The notes under the pieces are model-generated. The model ran no database searches and had not been told where the DNA came from. It saw only the letters and a program-made list of their open reading frames with translations. Shown here one piece after another: positions 8,591 through 17,288 of a stretch of DNA of 64,000 nt. Source of the stretch: Actinomycetota bacterium (GTDB lineage Bacteria > Actinomycetota > UBA4738 > HRBIN12); assembly GCA_036374435.1 (NCBI GenBank), contig DASUTU010000153.1:7393-71392 (forward strand). The letters are read 5' to 3'. Numbering within the stretch: the stretch's first letter is position 1; each line of letters begins with the position of its first letter. The position numbers and the translations under genes were made by a program.

Positions 8591-10704
8591 GGGTTCACGA
8601 GCTGGCCAAAGAGCTCGGCGTCGCGAGCAAGGAGCTGCTCGCCGCGTTGAAGGAGATGGGGGCCGACGGGCTGACGGCCTCGTCGTCGGTTCCCGACCAG
8701 GCCGTGCCGCGCCTGCGCGCCTCCGGCGGCAAGGCCGTGCCGGAGGCCAAGCTGAAGGAGGCGGTGGAGGAACCGCTGCCGCGGCCGCGGCGCAAGAAGG
8801 TGCCCGCCGAGGTCTCGGCGCCGGGCGCCGAGGCCCCGGTGCCGGCCGAGACGGCACCCGCCCCGGCCCCCGTGGAGGAGGCGGCGCCTGCGCCGCCCGC
8901 CGCCCCCGCCGCCGCAGCCGTGCCGACGACGACCGCGGTCATCGAGACCGAGCGGCCGACGGTCAAGCTCTCGCACGGCGCCACTCCCCAGGACGTGGCC
9001 GAGAAGACCGGCCGAGGGGTCGCCGACGTCGTCAAGGCCTTGATCGGGCTCGGCGAGATGGCCACCGCCTCGCAGTCGTTGTCGGACGACGCCATCTCCC
9101 TGGTCGCGGCCGAGCTCGGGTTCGAGGCCGAGATCGTGGGGGTCGAGGAGGAAGAGCTCGAAGAGGAGGAGGAGCCGGTCGACGAGAGCCGCCTGGTGCC
9201 GCGGGCGCCCGTCGTCACGATCATGGGCCACGTCGACCATGGAAAGACGCTCCTGCTGGACGCGATCCGCAGGACCGACGTGGTGGGCCATGAGTTCGGC
9301 GGCATCACCCAGCACATCGGCGCCTACCAGGTGCACGTGGACGACCGCGAGGTGACGTTCATCGACACGCCCGGGCACGAGGCCTTCACCGCCATGCGGG
9401 CCCGCGGGGCGCAGGTGACCGACATCGCCGTGCTGGTGGTCGCGGCGGACGACGGCGTCAAGCCGCAGACCGTGGAGGCCCTGGACCACGCCAAGGCGGC
9501 CGGGGTCCCGATCGTGGTCGCGGTCAACAAGGTGGACAAACCCGAGGCCGACCCGCAGCGTGTTCGGACCCAGATGGTCGAGCTCGACATCGTGCCGACG
9601 CAGTTCGGTGGCTCGTACGAGTTCGTGGACGTCTCGGCGAAGGCGCGGACCAACCTCGACGCGTTGCTCGAGACGATCCTGCTGGTGGCCGACCTCGAGG
9701 ACCTCAAGGGGGATCCGGAAGGCCGGGCCCGAGGGACCGTGCTCGAGGCCCACCTGGACAAGGGACGCGGACCGGTGGCGACGGTGCTCGTGCAGAAGGG
9801 AACGCTCGAGGTCGGAGACACTCTCGTCTCCGGCGTCGCCTGGGCGAAGATCCGCGCGATGCTCGACGAGAACGGCCGGCCGGTGAAGGTGGCGGGACCG
9901 AGCAAGCCGGTGCAGATCCTGGGGTGGTCGGCCACACCGGAGGCCGGCGACGACGTTCGCGAGGTGGCGGACGAGCGAACCGCGCGCCATCTCGCCCAGG
10001 AGCGGGAGGCCAAACATCGCGCCGCCGATCTCGTCACGACCCGCCCGGTCACGCTCCAGGAGCTCACCGCCCAGGCCCGGCACGAGCAGGTGCCGGAGCT
10101 GAACCTGATCGTGAAGGCCGACGTGCAGGGTTCGATCGGTGCGCTCGTGGACGCGTTCGGGAAGCTCCCGCAGGACGAGGTGCGGGTGAACGTGATCCGC
10201 AGCGCCGCGGGCGCCGTCACCGAGAGCGACATCAACCTGGCCCTCACGTCCAACGCCATCGTGGTCGGCTTCAACGTCCGGCCCGACGTGCAGGCGCGCG
10301 AGCTCGCCGAGAAGGAGGGCGTCGACGTCCGCCTGTACCGGGTCATCTACGATGCGATCGACGACGTTCGGACCGCCCTGTCCGGGATGCTCTCGCCCGA
10401 GGAGCGGGAGACCGAGCTCGGAGCGGCGGAGGTCCGGGCCCTGTTCCGTGTCCCGCGGGCCGGCGTCATCGCCGGCTGTTACGTCACCCGCGGGACCGTG
10501 CAGCGCAACGCTCGCGCGCGGGTGGTGCGGGACGGCGTCGTCGCGTACGACGGCCGGATCGGATCGCTGCGGCGGTTCAAGGACGACGTCCGCGAGGTCG
10601 CCGAGGGGTTCGAGTGCGGGATCGGCATCGAGAACTTCAACGACATCAAAGAGGGCGACGTCATCGAAGCGTACGAGGTGCGCGAGGTCGCCCGAGAGCT
10701 CTGA
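8587..10704 (+). CDS. infB: translation initiation factor IF-2
   Basis: MRVHELAKELGVASKELLAALKEMG N-terminus. GTP-binding G domain (IMGHVDHGKTLLLDAIR, DTPGHEAFTAMRARGA, NKVDK). Pro/Ala-rich linker. Confidence 0.95.
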   Translation: MRVHELAKELGVASKELLAALKEMGADGLTASSSVPDQAVPRLRASGGKAVPEAKLKEAVEEPLPRPRRKKVPAEVSAPGAEAPVPAETAPAPAPVEEAAPAPPAAPAAAAVPTTTAVIETERPTVKLSHGATPQDVAEKTGRGVADVVKALIGLGEMATASQSLSDDAISLVAAELGFEAEIVGVEEEELEEEEEPVDESRLVPRAPVVTIMGHVDHGKTLLLDAIRRTDVVGHEFGGITQHIGAYQVHVDDREVTFIDTPGHEAFTAMRARGAQVTDIAVLVVAADDGVKPQTVEALDHAKAAGVPIVVAVNKVDKPEADPQRVRTQMVELDIVPTQFGGSYEFVDVSAKARTNLDALLETILLVADLEDLKGDPEGRARGTVLEAHLDKGRGPVATVLVQKGTLEVGDTLVSGVAWAKIRAMLDENGRPVKVAGPSKPVQILGWSATPEAGDDVREVADERTARHLAQEREAKHRAADLVTTRPVTLQELTAQARHEQVPELNLIVKADVQGSIGALVDAFGKLPQDEVRVNVIRSAAGAVTESDINLALTSNAIVVGFNVRPDVQARELAEKEGVDVRLYRVIYDAIDDVRTALSGMLSPEERETELGAAEVRALFRVPRAGVIAGCYVTRGTVQRNARARVVRDGVVAYDGRIGSLRRFKDDVREVAEGFECGIGIENFNDIKEGDVIEAYEVREVAREL

Positions 10705-10722
10705 TCCGTCGGAGGGCCCGCG

Positions 10723-11016
10723 ATGCTCGTGGCGCTCGAACGCTTCGACCTGCGGATCCCCGCCTGCGGCTCCCTGAAGGAGAAGCGGCACGTCGTGAAG
10801 ACGCTCACGAGCGCCATCCGGTCGAAGTTCAACGTCTCGGTGTCCGAGGTGGACCACCACGACCTGTGGCAGCGAACGGCCCTCGCCGTGGCCGTGGCGG
10901 CGGGCGACGGGTATCACGCCCGGCGGGTCCTGCACGAGGTGGAGAAGCTCGTGGACCGCTGGCTGGAGGTCGAGGTGATCGACACGGACGTCTCGCTCCA
11001 TTACCCGGAGACCTGA
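10723..11016 (+). CDS. DUF503 (YlxP-like) protein
   Basis: MLVALERFDLRIPACGSLKEKRHVVKTLTSAIRSKFNVSVSEVDHHDLWQRTALAVAV. Conserved position between infB and rbfA. Confidence 0.8.
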   Translation: MLVALERFDLRIPACGSLKEKRHVVKTLTSAIRSKFNVSVSEVDHHDLWQRTALAVAVAAGDGYHARRVLHEVEKLVDRWLEVEVIDTDVSLHYPET

Positions 11017-11020
11017 GCCG

Positions 11021-11395
11021 GTGACGGACGGGAGCCGGCCGAGCCGCGTGGCCGAGGAGTTCCGGGAGATCCTTGCCGAGGAGATCCCTCGGCTGAAGGA
11101 CCCGCGGATCGGGTTCGTCACGGTGACGGGGGTGAAGGTCACGGGCGACCTGCGGCACGCCCGGGTGTTCTACACGGCGCTCGGGGACGAGCGGGCTCGC
11201 CGGGCCACGGCCGCGGCGTTGCGGTCGGCGCGCGGGCATCTGCGCCGGGTGATCGGGGACCAGGTCCGGATGAAGGTGCTCCCGGACCTGGCGTTCGAGG
11301 AGGACGAGACGGCCGAGGCCGCGGACCGCATCGAGTCGGTCCTGCGCGAGCTCCACACGTCGGAGGGGCAGCCGAGGGAAGGGGAGGGAGAGTGA
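11021..11395 (+). CDS. rbfA: ribosome-binding factor A
   Basis: RVAEEFREILAEEIPRLKDPRIGFVTVTGVKVTGDLRHARVFYTALGD matches RbfA. Confidence 0.9.
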   Translation: MTDGSRPSRVAEEFREILAEEIPRLKDPRIGFVTVTGVKVTGDLRHARVFYTALGDERARRATAAALRSARGHLRRVIGDQVRMKVLPDLAFEEDETAEAADRIESVLRELHTSEGQPREGEGE

Positions 11396-12372
11396 AGGAC
11401 TTGCTGGCCGAGGCGGCTCGGGCGCTCGCGGACGCGTCCGAGGTGGCCATCGCGGCCCACGTGAACCCGGACGCGGACGCCCTCGGCTCGGCGCTCGGCC
11501 TGTCGAACTTCCTCCGGGCCCGCGGCGCGTCGACCGTGTGTTCGTTTCCCAACGAGCCCTACCACCCGCCGAGATGGGTCGAGCTGCTCCCCGGCAACGA
11601 CGCGCTGGTCCCGCCGCGCGAGTTCCCCAAAGCGCCGGCGGTCATGGTGACCTGCGACGTCGCCTCGACGGACCGGCTGGGGATGCTCGCGCCGGCCGCG
11701 GCGAAGGCGGAGACGCTCGTGTGGATCGACCACCACGTGAGCAACGAGGGCCACGGGACCATCCCGCTGATCGACCCCACCGCGAGCTCGACCGCCGAGG
11801 TCGTGTGGCGGCTGCTCCGCGAGATGGGCGGAGAGATCTCGGAGGCCTCCGCGGTGTGCCTGTACGCGGGCGTCGTCACCGACACGGGCCGGTTCCAGTA
11901 CGAGGCCGTGACGCCCCAGACGTTGCGGCTGGGCGCCGAGCTCCGGGAATACGCGTTCGACCACACGCGGCTGGTCCAGGGCTTGTACGAGGACAACGGC
12001 CTGGCGTACCTGCGGCTGCTCGGCGTGGCCCTCGAACGCATCGCGCTCGAGCCCGACGCGGACCTGGTCTGGAGCTACCTGACGCAAGCCGACCTCGGCT
12101 CGGCGGGGGTGCACCCGGCCGAGACCGACGACCTGATCGACGTCGTCCGCACGGCGAGGGAGGCGGACGTCACGGCCGTGATCAAGGAGCAGATCGACGG
12201 CCGCTTCAAGGTCAGCTTGCGTTCGAAGCGAGGGCACGACGTCGCGGCGGTCGCGGCGCAGTTCGGCGGCGGCGGGCACCGGCTGGCCGCCGGCTACACG
12301 TCGCCGCACGGGCTCGCGGAGACCGTCGACCGGCTGAAGGCCGCCCTTCGGGCTCCGGGCCACGGGGCCTGA
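11392..12372 (+). CDS. nrnA: DHH-family phosphoesterase NrnA (bifunctional oligoribonuclease / pAp phosphatase)
   Basis: DHH motifs HVNPDADALGSALGL and WIDHHVSNEGHG. Conserved position between rbfA and truB. Confidence 0.85.
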   Translation: MKDLLAEAARALADASEVAIAAHVNPDADALGSALGLSNFLRARGASTVCSFPNEPYHPPRWVELLPGNDALVPPREFPKAPAVMVTCDVASTDRLGMLAPAAAKAETLVWIDHHVSNEGHGTIPLIDPTASSTAEVVWRLLREMGGEISEASAVCLYAGVVTDTGRFQYEAVTPQTLRLGAELREYAFDHTRLVQGLYEDNGLAYLRLLGVALERIALEPDADLVWSYLTQADLGSAGVHPAETDDLIDVVRTAREADVTAVIKEQIDGRFKVSLRSKRGHDVAAVAAQFGGGGHRLAAGYTSPHGLAETVDRLKAALRAPGHGA

Positions 12373-12377
12373 CCGGC

Positions 12378-13226
12378 GTGAGCGGCGAGCGTGGCGGGCT
12401 CCTGCTCGTCGACAAGCCGGCGGGCGTCACCTCTCACGACGTCGTGGACGCGGTGCGCCGGGCGTTGGGGACGAAGAAGGTGGGGCACGCCGGCACGCTC
12501 GACCCCATGGCCACCGGGCTGCTGCTGGTCGGGGTGGGCCGCGCCACCCGGCTCCTCCGGTACTTCGGCGACCTGCCGAAGGTGTACGAGGGCACCGCGC
12601 GGCTGGGGGTCGAGACCGACACCCTGGACGCCGAGGGCACGGTCGTCCGCACGTCCGAGGTTTCGGTCACGCTGGACGACGTCGAGCGGGCCTTCGTGGC
12701 GCTGGTTGGCCCCTCCCTCCAGCGCCCGCCGGCGTATTCGGCGGTGAAGGTGGGGGGCCGGAAGCTCTACGAGGCGGCGCGCGCCGGCGAGGCCCTGGAG
12801 GCGCCGCCCCGCCCGATCCGGGTCGACGAGATCCGCGTGCTCGCGTTCGACGGGACCGACGTCGAGTTCTCCGTGGTGTGCTCCGGGGGAACGTACGTGC
12901 GGGTGTTGGTCGCCGACGCCGGGGTGTCGCTCGGATGCGGCGCTCACCTGCGGCGGTTGCGACGGACCGGGATCGGGCCCTACCGGGTCGCCGACGCCGA
13001 CCCGCTCGGCACGCTGGGCTCCCCGCTGTCCCTCGAGACCGCGGTGGCCCACCTGCCGAAGATCGATCTGTCCGACGAGGAGGCCCGGGCGGCGTCGAAC
13101 GGGAGCATCCTGGCGCCGGCCGGCCTCGACGCGCCGTACGCGGTGTTCGATCGGGGTGGTCGGCTGATCGGGATCTACCGGGACCAGGGCGCGAAGGCCC
13201 GTCCAGAGGTCATACTGCCCCGATGA
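12378..13226 (+). CDS. truB: tRNA pseudouridine(55) synthase
   Basis: GLLLVDKPAGVTSHDVVDAVRRALGTKKVGHAGTLDPMATGLLLVGVGRATRLL (catalytic Asp in GTLDP). GTG start; the long 11538..13226 ORF is in the same frame, but its upstream part is junk. Confidence 0.9.
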   Translation: MSGERGGLLLVDKPAGVTSHDVVDAVRRALGTKKVGHAGTLDPMATGLLLVGVGRATRLLRYFGDLPKVYEGTARLGVETDTLDAEGTVVRTSEVSVTLDDVERAFVALVGPSLQRPPAYSAVKVGGRKLYEAARAGEALEAPPRPIRVDEIRVLAFDGTDVEFSVVCSGGTYVRVLVADAGVSLGCGAHLRRLRRTGIGPYRVADADPLGTLGSPLSLETAVAHLPKIDLSDEEARAASNGSILAPAGLDAPYAVFDRGGRLIGIYRDQGAKARPEVILPR

Positions 13227-14326
13227 CCGAACCGATCACCGCCGCGCGAGAGGCGCTCGTCACCCCGGCCAGGGGCGGTGCGACCAAACGGGTCCTCCAG
13301 GTGGTCGTCTCGGTTGCGATCGTCGTCGGTATCTTCGCGTTCGCCATCCCGCGGATCGCCGACTACTCGGCGGTCTGGGGCACCATGTCCGACCTCTCGT
13401 GGCTGGAGCTATGGTCGCTGATCGGGATCACGGTGCTGAACCTCGCCACGTACTGGTTCGCGAACATGGCGGCGCTCCCCGGCCTGACGCTCGGCAAGTC
13501 CGCGGTCCTCACGCAGACGACGACGTCGGTGGCGAACACCCTGCCGGCCGGCGGGGCCGTGGCGGTCGGGCTCACGTACACCATCCTGCGGTCGTGGGGG
13601 TTCCACCGGCAGTCGATCGCGTTGTACGTCGGCGTTACGGGCGTCTGGAACATCTTCCTGAAGCTCGCCCTGCCCATCTTCGCGCTGTCGCTGCTCGCGC
13701 TCGTGGGCGGCGCCACCGCGGCGCTGGTGGTGGCCGCGCTCGTCGGCCTGGGGGTCCTCGGCGCGGCCGTGACGTTGTTCGCGCTCGCCTTGTGGAAGAA
13801 GGAGTTCGCCCGCCGGATCGGGGACGGGCTCGGGCGCGCCGCCTCCGCGCTCCGTCGGATCGTCCGCCGCCCGCCGATCCGCGACTGGGGCGAACACGCG
13901 GTGGCCTTTCGCAAGCGGACCATCGCCCTCGTGGTCGACCGGTGGCCCTGGCTGACCCTCACGACGGTCGTGTCGCACCTGATGTTGTGGGTCGTGCTCC
14001 TTGCTGCGCTCCGCCACGTGGGAGTGTCGCAGCAGGAGGTGAGCACGCTCGAGACGCTGGCCGTGTTCGCGTTCGGCCGTCTGCTGACGGCGCTGCCGAT
14101 CACGCCCGGGGGGCTCGGCGTGATCGAGCTCGGCTACATCGGCGGCCTGGTCGCGGCCGGTGGGAACGAGCCGCAGGTGGTGGCGGCGGTCCTGCTGTTC
14201 CGGGTCTTGACCTACGGCGTGCCGATCCCGCTCGGCGGCGCGACGTATCTGGTCTGGCGAGGCCGCTCGAGCTGGCGCCGGTCCGAAGCCCCGACGCCAA
14301 CCGCCACCCCGCCGGCGCCGGGTTAA
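13223..14326 (+). CDS. polytopic membrane protein, lysylphosphatidylglycerol-synthase transmembrane-domain / flippase-like family
   Basis: ATG overlaps the truB stop (ATGA). About 8 TM helices with family-typical LFRVLTYGVPIPLGGATYLVWRG and GRLLTALPITPGGLGVIELGYIGGLVAAG motifs. Confidence 0.75.
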   Translation: MTEPITAAREALVTPARGGATKRVLQVVVSVAIVVGIFAFAIPRIADYSAVWGTMSDLSWLELWSLIGITVLNLATYWFANMAALPGLTLGKSAVLTQTTTSVANTLPAGGAVAVGLTYTILRSWGFHRQSIALYVGVTGVWNIFLKLALPIFALSLLALVGGATAALVVAALVGLGVLGAAVTLFALALWKKEFARRIGDGLGRAASALRRIVRRPPIRDWGEHAVAFRKRTIALVVDRWPWLTLTTVVSHLMLWVVLLAALRHVGVSQQEVSTLETLAVFAFGRLLTALPITPGGLGVIELGYIGGLVAAGGNEPQVVAAVLLFRVLTYGVPIPLGGATYLVWRGRSSWRRSEAPTPTATPPAPG

Positions 14327-15030
14327 GACGAACGCGCCGCCTCGTCCGGCTCGGGTGCCGGGGCGTGCGGCCCGCGGTGCAGCGCCAGGTCGCGGATCTC
14401 GGTGACGATCGCGGCGGTGGCCACCGCCACGCCCGATCCGAGGAGGACCCCGGCCACGACGTCGGACAACCAGTGGGCGCCGAGGTAGACGCGGGAGAGG
14501 CCCATGAGGAACGCGAACCCGGCGGCCGCCCACTCCCAGCGACGACGGGCCGGTCCCGCCGGCATGACCACGAGCACGAGCGCCACGGCGATGGCGGCGC
14601 CGGCCACGGCGTGACCGGAGGGGAACGAGAAGCTGCCGCCGGTGTCCACGAGGGCCCCGGAGGGCCGCCCTCGGTGGAAGGTGCTCTTGGACAGGGTGAG
14701 CAGGAGCTCGGCCATCGCCGCCGTCACCGCCCAGACCGCGAATGCGCGCCACCTGGTGCGGACGGCCAGCCAGGCTCCCACCACGATCCGGAGCGGGATC
14801 GTCACGATGCCGGCCCCGAGCACGTTCAAGGCGTGGGCCAGGGCGGTGAGGGGGGCGCTCCTGACGTCTTCCATCCAGCCGTGGACGGCTCGGTCCCACT
14901 CGCCGATGAACCGCACGCTGGTCGCCGGGGCGCGGGCGGTGGGGTGCACGCCCACGCCGGCGAACATCAGCGCCACGACCGCCAGCAGGCCGACCGCATA
15001 CCACAGGGCCCGCCGGTGATCGGCCAGCAC
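14323..15030 (-). CDS. PAP2-family lipid phosphatase (canonical motifs)
   Basis: All three acid-phosphatase motifs are intact: KSTFHRGRP (KX6RP), SFPSGHA (PSGH), SRVYLGAHWLSDV (SRX5HX3D). GTG start lies 2 nt after the upstream gene's stop (TGA-CC-GTG). The N-terminal extension in the ORF track is overprint. Confidence 0.8.
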   Translation of the reverse strand: MLADHRRALWYAVGLLAVVALMFAGVGVHPTARAPATSVRFIGEWDRAVHGWMEDVRSAPLTALAHALNVLGAGIVTIPLRIVVGAWLAVRTRWRAFAVWAVTAAMAELLLTLSKSTFHRGRPSGALVDTGGSFSFPSGHAVAGAAIAVALVLVVMPAGPARRRWEWAAAGFAFLMGLSRVYLGAHWLSDVVAGVLLGSGVAVATAAIVTEIRDLALHRGPHAPAPEPDEAARSS

Positions 15031-15032
15031 GG

Positions 15033-15584
15033 TCAGTCGGTCCCGGGACAGGGCGGCGCGCCGGCCCCGCACAACACGATGCCGAGATCGGCCAGCCGTC
15101 GCACCAGGCTCGCGCGAGGGCGGAACCCGATCGCCTGGTCGGCCTGGAGGACCTCCGTGGGGTCGCCCGATCCGAACCGGTACTCGACCCGGACGCACCC
15201 GCCGGCGAACGTGTAGTACCGGTTGGCGGCGAAGACCGGGTCGAGCGACAGCGGCTCCTCGAACCGTCGGGTCCCCTCCTCGCCGGGCGCGGGGACGACC
15301 TCCACCGCCGCGGAGAGATCGCACTCGGAGACGAGCTCCACGCGCACCGTCCGGATCCCGGTGCGGTCGGAGCTGAGCCAGAACCGGTAGGCGCCGTCGG
15401 TGATCTGGATCCCCTCGAACGACCAGCCGGGCAGCAACACGTCCAGGCACGGCAACATCGTGGCGGTGGGCACGGCCTGCGCGGCGAGCGTCAACACGCG
15501 GGTGGACTCGTCGCCCACCCGGCATTCGGGTGCCACGTCGACCGCCTGGACACACGCCGGAAGGAGGGCGGCCACGGTGATCAT
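15033..15584 (-). CDS. putative lipoprotein (183 aa), unknown function
   Basis: MITVAALLPACVQAVD... signal peptide with a lipobox-like LPAC. Normal composition (FWLSSDRTGIRTVRVELVSECDLSAAVEVV...). Tightly packed between the two PAP2-type genes. The larger 15033..16991 ORF overlaps the real upstream gene and is R/G/P-rich. Confidence 0.55.
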   Translation of the reverse strand: MITVAALLPACVQAVDVAPECRVGDESTRVLTLAAQAVPTATMLPCLDVLLPGWSFEGIQITDGAYRFWLSSDRTGIRTVRVELVSECDLSAAVEVVPAPGEEGTRRFEEPLSLDPVFAANRYYTFAGGCVRVEYRFGSGDPTEVLQADQAIGFRPRASLVRRLADLGIVLCGAGAPPCPGTD

Positions 15585-15604
15585 CGCGACGGCCGCTCTC
15601 CGCC

Positions 15605-17287
15605 TCACGCGAAGACCGCCCAGTTGCTGGCCACGAGCCCCAGCAGCAGCAGGCCGACGATCACCACGGCCAACGTCCGCGCGACCCGTCGCACGCTCCA
15701 CCGCTGGATCGGTATCGGGTCGTGAGCGGGAGCGAGGCGACGGAACTCCTCGAGCAGGTTGCGGCCGTCGCGCCGGATCATCACCCGGAGCTGCGTCGGG
15801 CTGGCCACGCCGCGGGTGGCCGCGAAGGCCTCGGCGATCTCCTCCGGGGTGAAATGCCGCGACGCGACGCGGTACACGGTCTCGGGGTCCGACCGCAGCC
15901 CGAGCACGAGCATCATGTTCGCCAGGTCGACGGCCTGCCGCCACGGCGAGGGACGGACCTGCACGAAGAAGACGTCGATCAGCCGCAGCCGCCGGTCCTC
16001 GAGCATCAGGTTGGCCGGCTTGATGTCGCGGTGGGCCAGGCCCGTCTCCCACAACCGCCGGATCAGGCCGAGGCCCTGGTCGATGACGTCTTCGTCCACC
16101 TCGGCGTCGCCGAGCTCCACCGCGCCGGGGAAGAACTCCATGACGATCATGTACTCGCGCTCCGGCGTGATCTCGACGACCCCGAACGGATGCGGCGTCG
16201 GCAACCCGGCGTCGGCCATCAGCCGCAGCGTGTAGTCCTCGTATTCCACGAACCGCCGAACGGTCTGGAACGGGGTCTCGTCCTCGAGCGCGCCGTACAG
16301 GATCTGACGGCCGAGCTTGTACCAGCGGTCCGCCCGGACGTGGTTCTTGGCGTACAGCTTGGCGAACGCGTACCGGCGGAGCCCACCCGTCTCGTCGACG
16401 AGCGTCAGGCGCAGCGGCGTCGATCCCCCCGACCCCGCCAGGCCGATCGGCCGGACCTCCGCCACGTCCACGCCCAGCTGGTCCCGGACGGCCCGCACGA
16501 TGGCCTGCCCGCGCCGCCCCGAGACATCGAGGTGGGCGGTCTTGCCGCGGCGGAACGTCACCGGGAACACGTCGTTGGGCGCGAACCAGCGGAAGGCGAC
16601 GATCGGCACGGTCACGCCGATCAACACCCCGAGGACCTGGTCGCTCAGGTGATCGACGCCGAGGTAGGAGCGCGCCAACGCCACCGTCCCGACCACGATC
16701 GCCGCCGCCGCCTTGGCCTTGAACCTCGGCCGGCCGGCCGGCACGAGCGCGTACGCCATGCCGGCCAGGGTGACGGCGAGCGAGGCGATCGGCCGCGAGG
16801 GGAAGGAGAACCCGACCCAGTCCGTGGCGATCTCGACGCCGAACGGCCGCGACCGGCCCACGGCGAGCGACGTGGCGTAGGTGACGTACTCCACCGTGAG
16901 CAGGGAACCGACGAACACGGCCAGGTGCCGCCATCGCCGGAAGAGCACCAGGGCCAGCAGCGTGGCCCAGCGCAACCCCCGGAGCGGCCATCGGCTCGCC
17001 AGGCCGTCCAGGAGCTGCATCACGTCCGTGACCGCGCCCACCCGGATGCGGGCGAACGCGCGCACGAGCGACGAGTCGATCTGGTCGATCGCGGTGGCCC
17101 GGGTGCCGATCAGGGCCGCGGCCACCGTGAGGCCGGCCCCGATGGCGACGAGCATCAGCAGGAGGCGTCCGGTCCGGCCGATCTCGCGGGGCAGCGGCGG
17201 GGGTTCCCCCGAGGGGCGCCGCCGGAGGCGGCGAAGGCTCCGCTGGCCGATCGACGAAGGCTGTTCCACCCGCTCCACGCCGCGCAC
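15605..17287 (-). CDS. membrane protein: N-terminal degenerate PAP2-like domain fused to a C-terminal protein-kinase-like domain
   Basis: PAP2 fold is recognisable but its catalytic motifs are lost (LAVGRSRPF, FPSRP in place of PSGH, ARSYLGVDHLSD). Kinase-like part has YAFAKLY (VAIK-like Lys), LAHRDIKPANLML (HRD catalytic loop) and LIDVFF (DFG-like). A final TM helix follows. GTG start lies 1 nt after the upstream OpuAC stop. Confidence 0.75.
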   Translation of the reverse strand: MRGVERVEQPSSIGQRSLRRLRRRPSGEPPPLPREIGRTGRLLLMLVAIGAGLTVAAALIGTRATAIDQIDSSLVRAFARIRVGAVTDVMQLLDGLASRWPLRGLRWATLLALVLFRRWRHLAVFVGSLLTVEYVTYATSLAVGRSRPFGVEIATDWVGFSFPSRPIASLAVTLAGMAYALVPAGRPRFKAKAAAAIVVGTVALARSYLGVDHLSDQVLGVLIGVTVPIVAFRWFAPNDVFPVTFRRGKTAHLDVSGRRGQAIVRAVRDQLGVDVAEVRPIGLAGSGGSTPLRLTLVDETGGLRRYAFAKLYAKNHVRADRWYKLGRQILYGALEDETPFQTVRRFVEYEDYTLRLMADAGLPTPHPFGVVEITPEREYMIVMEFFPGAVELGDAEVDEDVIDQGLGLIRRLWETGLAHRDIKPANLMLEDRRLRLIDVFFVQVRPSPWRQAVDLANMMLVLGLRSDPETVYRVASRHFTPEEIAEAFAATRGVASPTQLRVMIRRDGRNLLEEFRRLAPAHDPIPIQRWSVRRVARTLAVVIVGLLLLGLVASNWAVFA

Positions 17288-17288
17288 T

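Noticed and set aside
8170-11142. 990-aa minus-strand ORF across infB and neighbours
   Set aside because: Antisense overprint of IF-2. Composition dominated by Arg, Gly, Asp, Leu and His repeats.
13399-15216. 605-aa + strand and 531-aa minus-strand ORFs across the flippase-like and PAP2 genes
   Set aside because: Both are alternative-frame or antisense readings of genes with clear TM helices and PAP2 motifs. Their composition is R/G/H-rich.
15033-16991. 652-aa ORF extending the lipoprotein gene upstream across the PAP2-kinase gene
   Set aside because: Only the last 183 codons (from the ATG at 15584 with a lipoprotein signal peptide) have protein-like composition. The remainder overlaps the real kinase gene in another frame.
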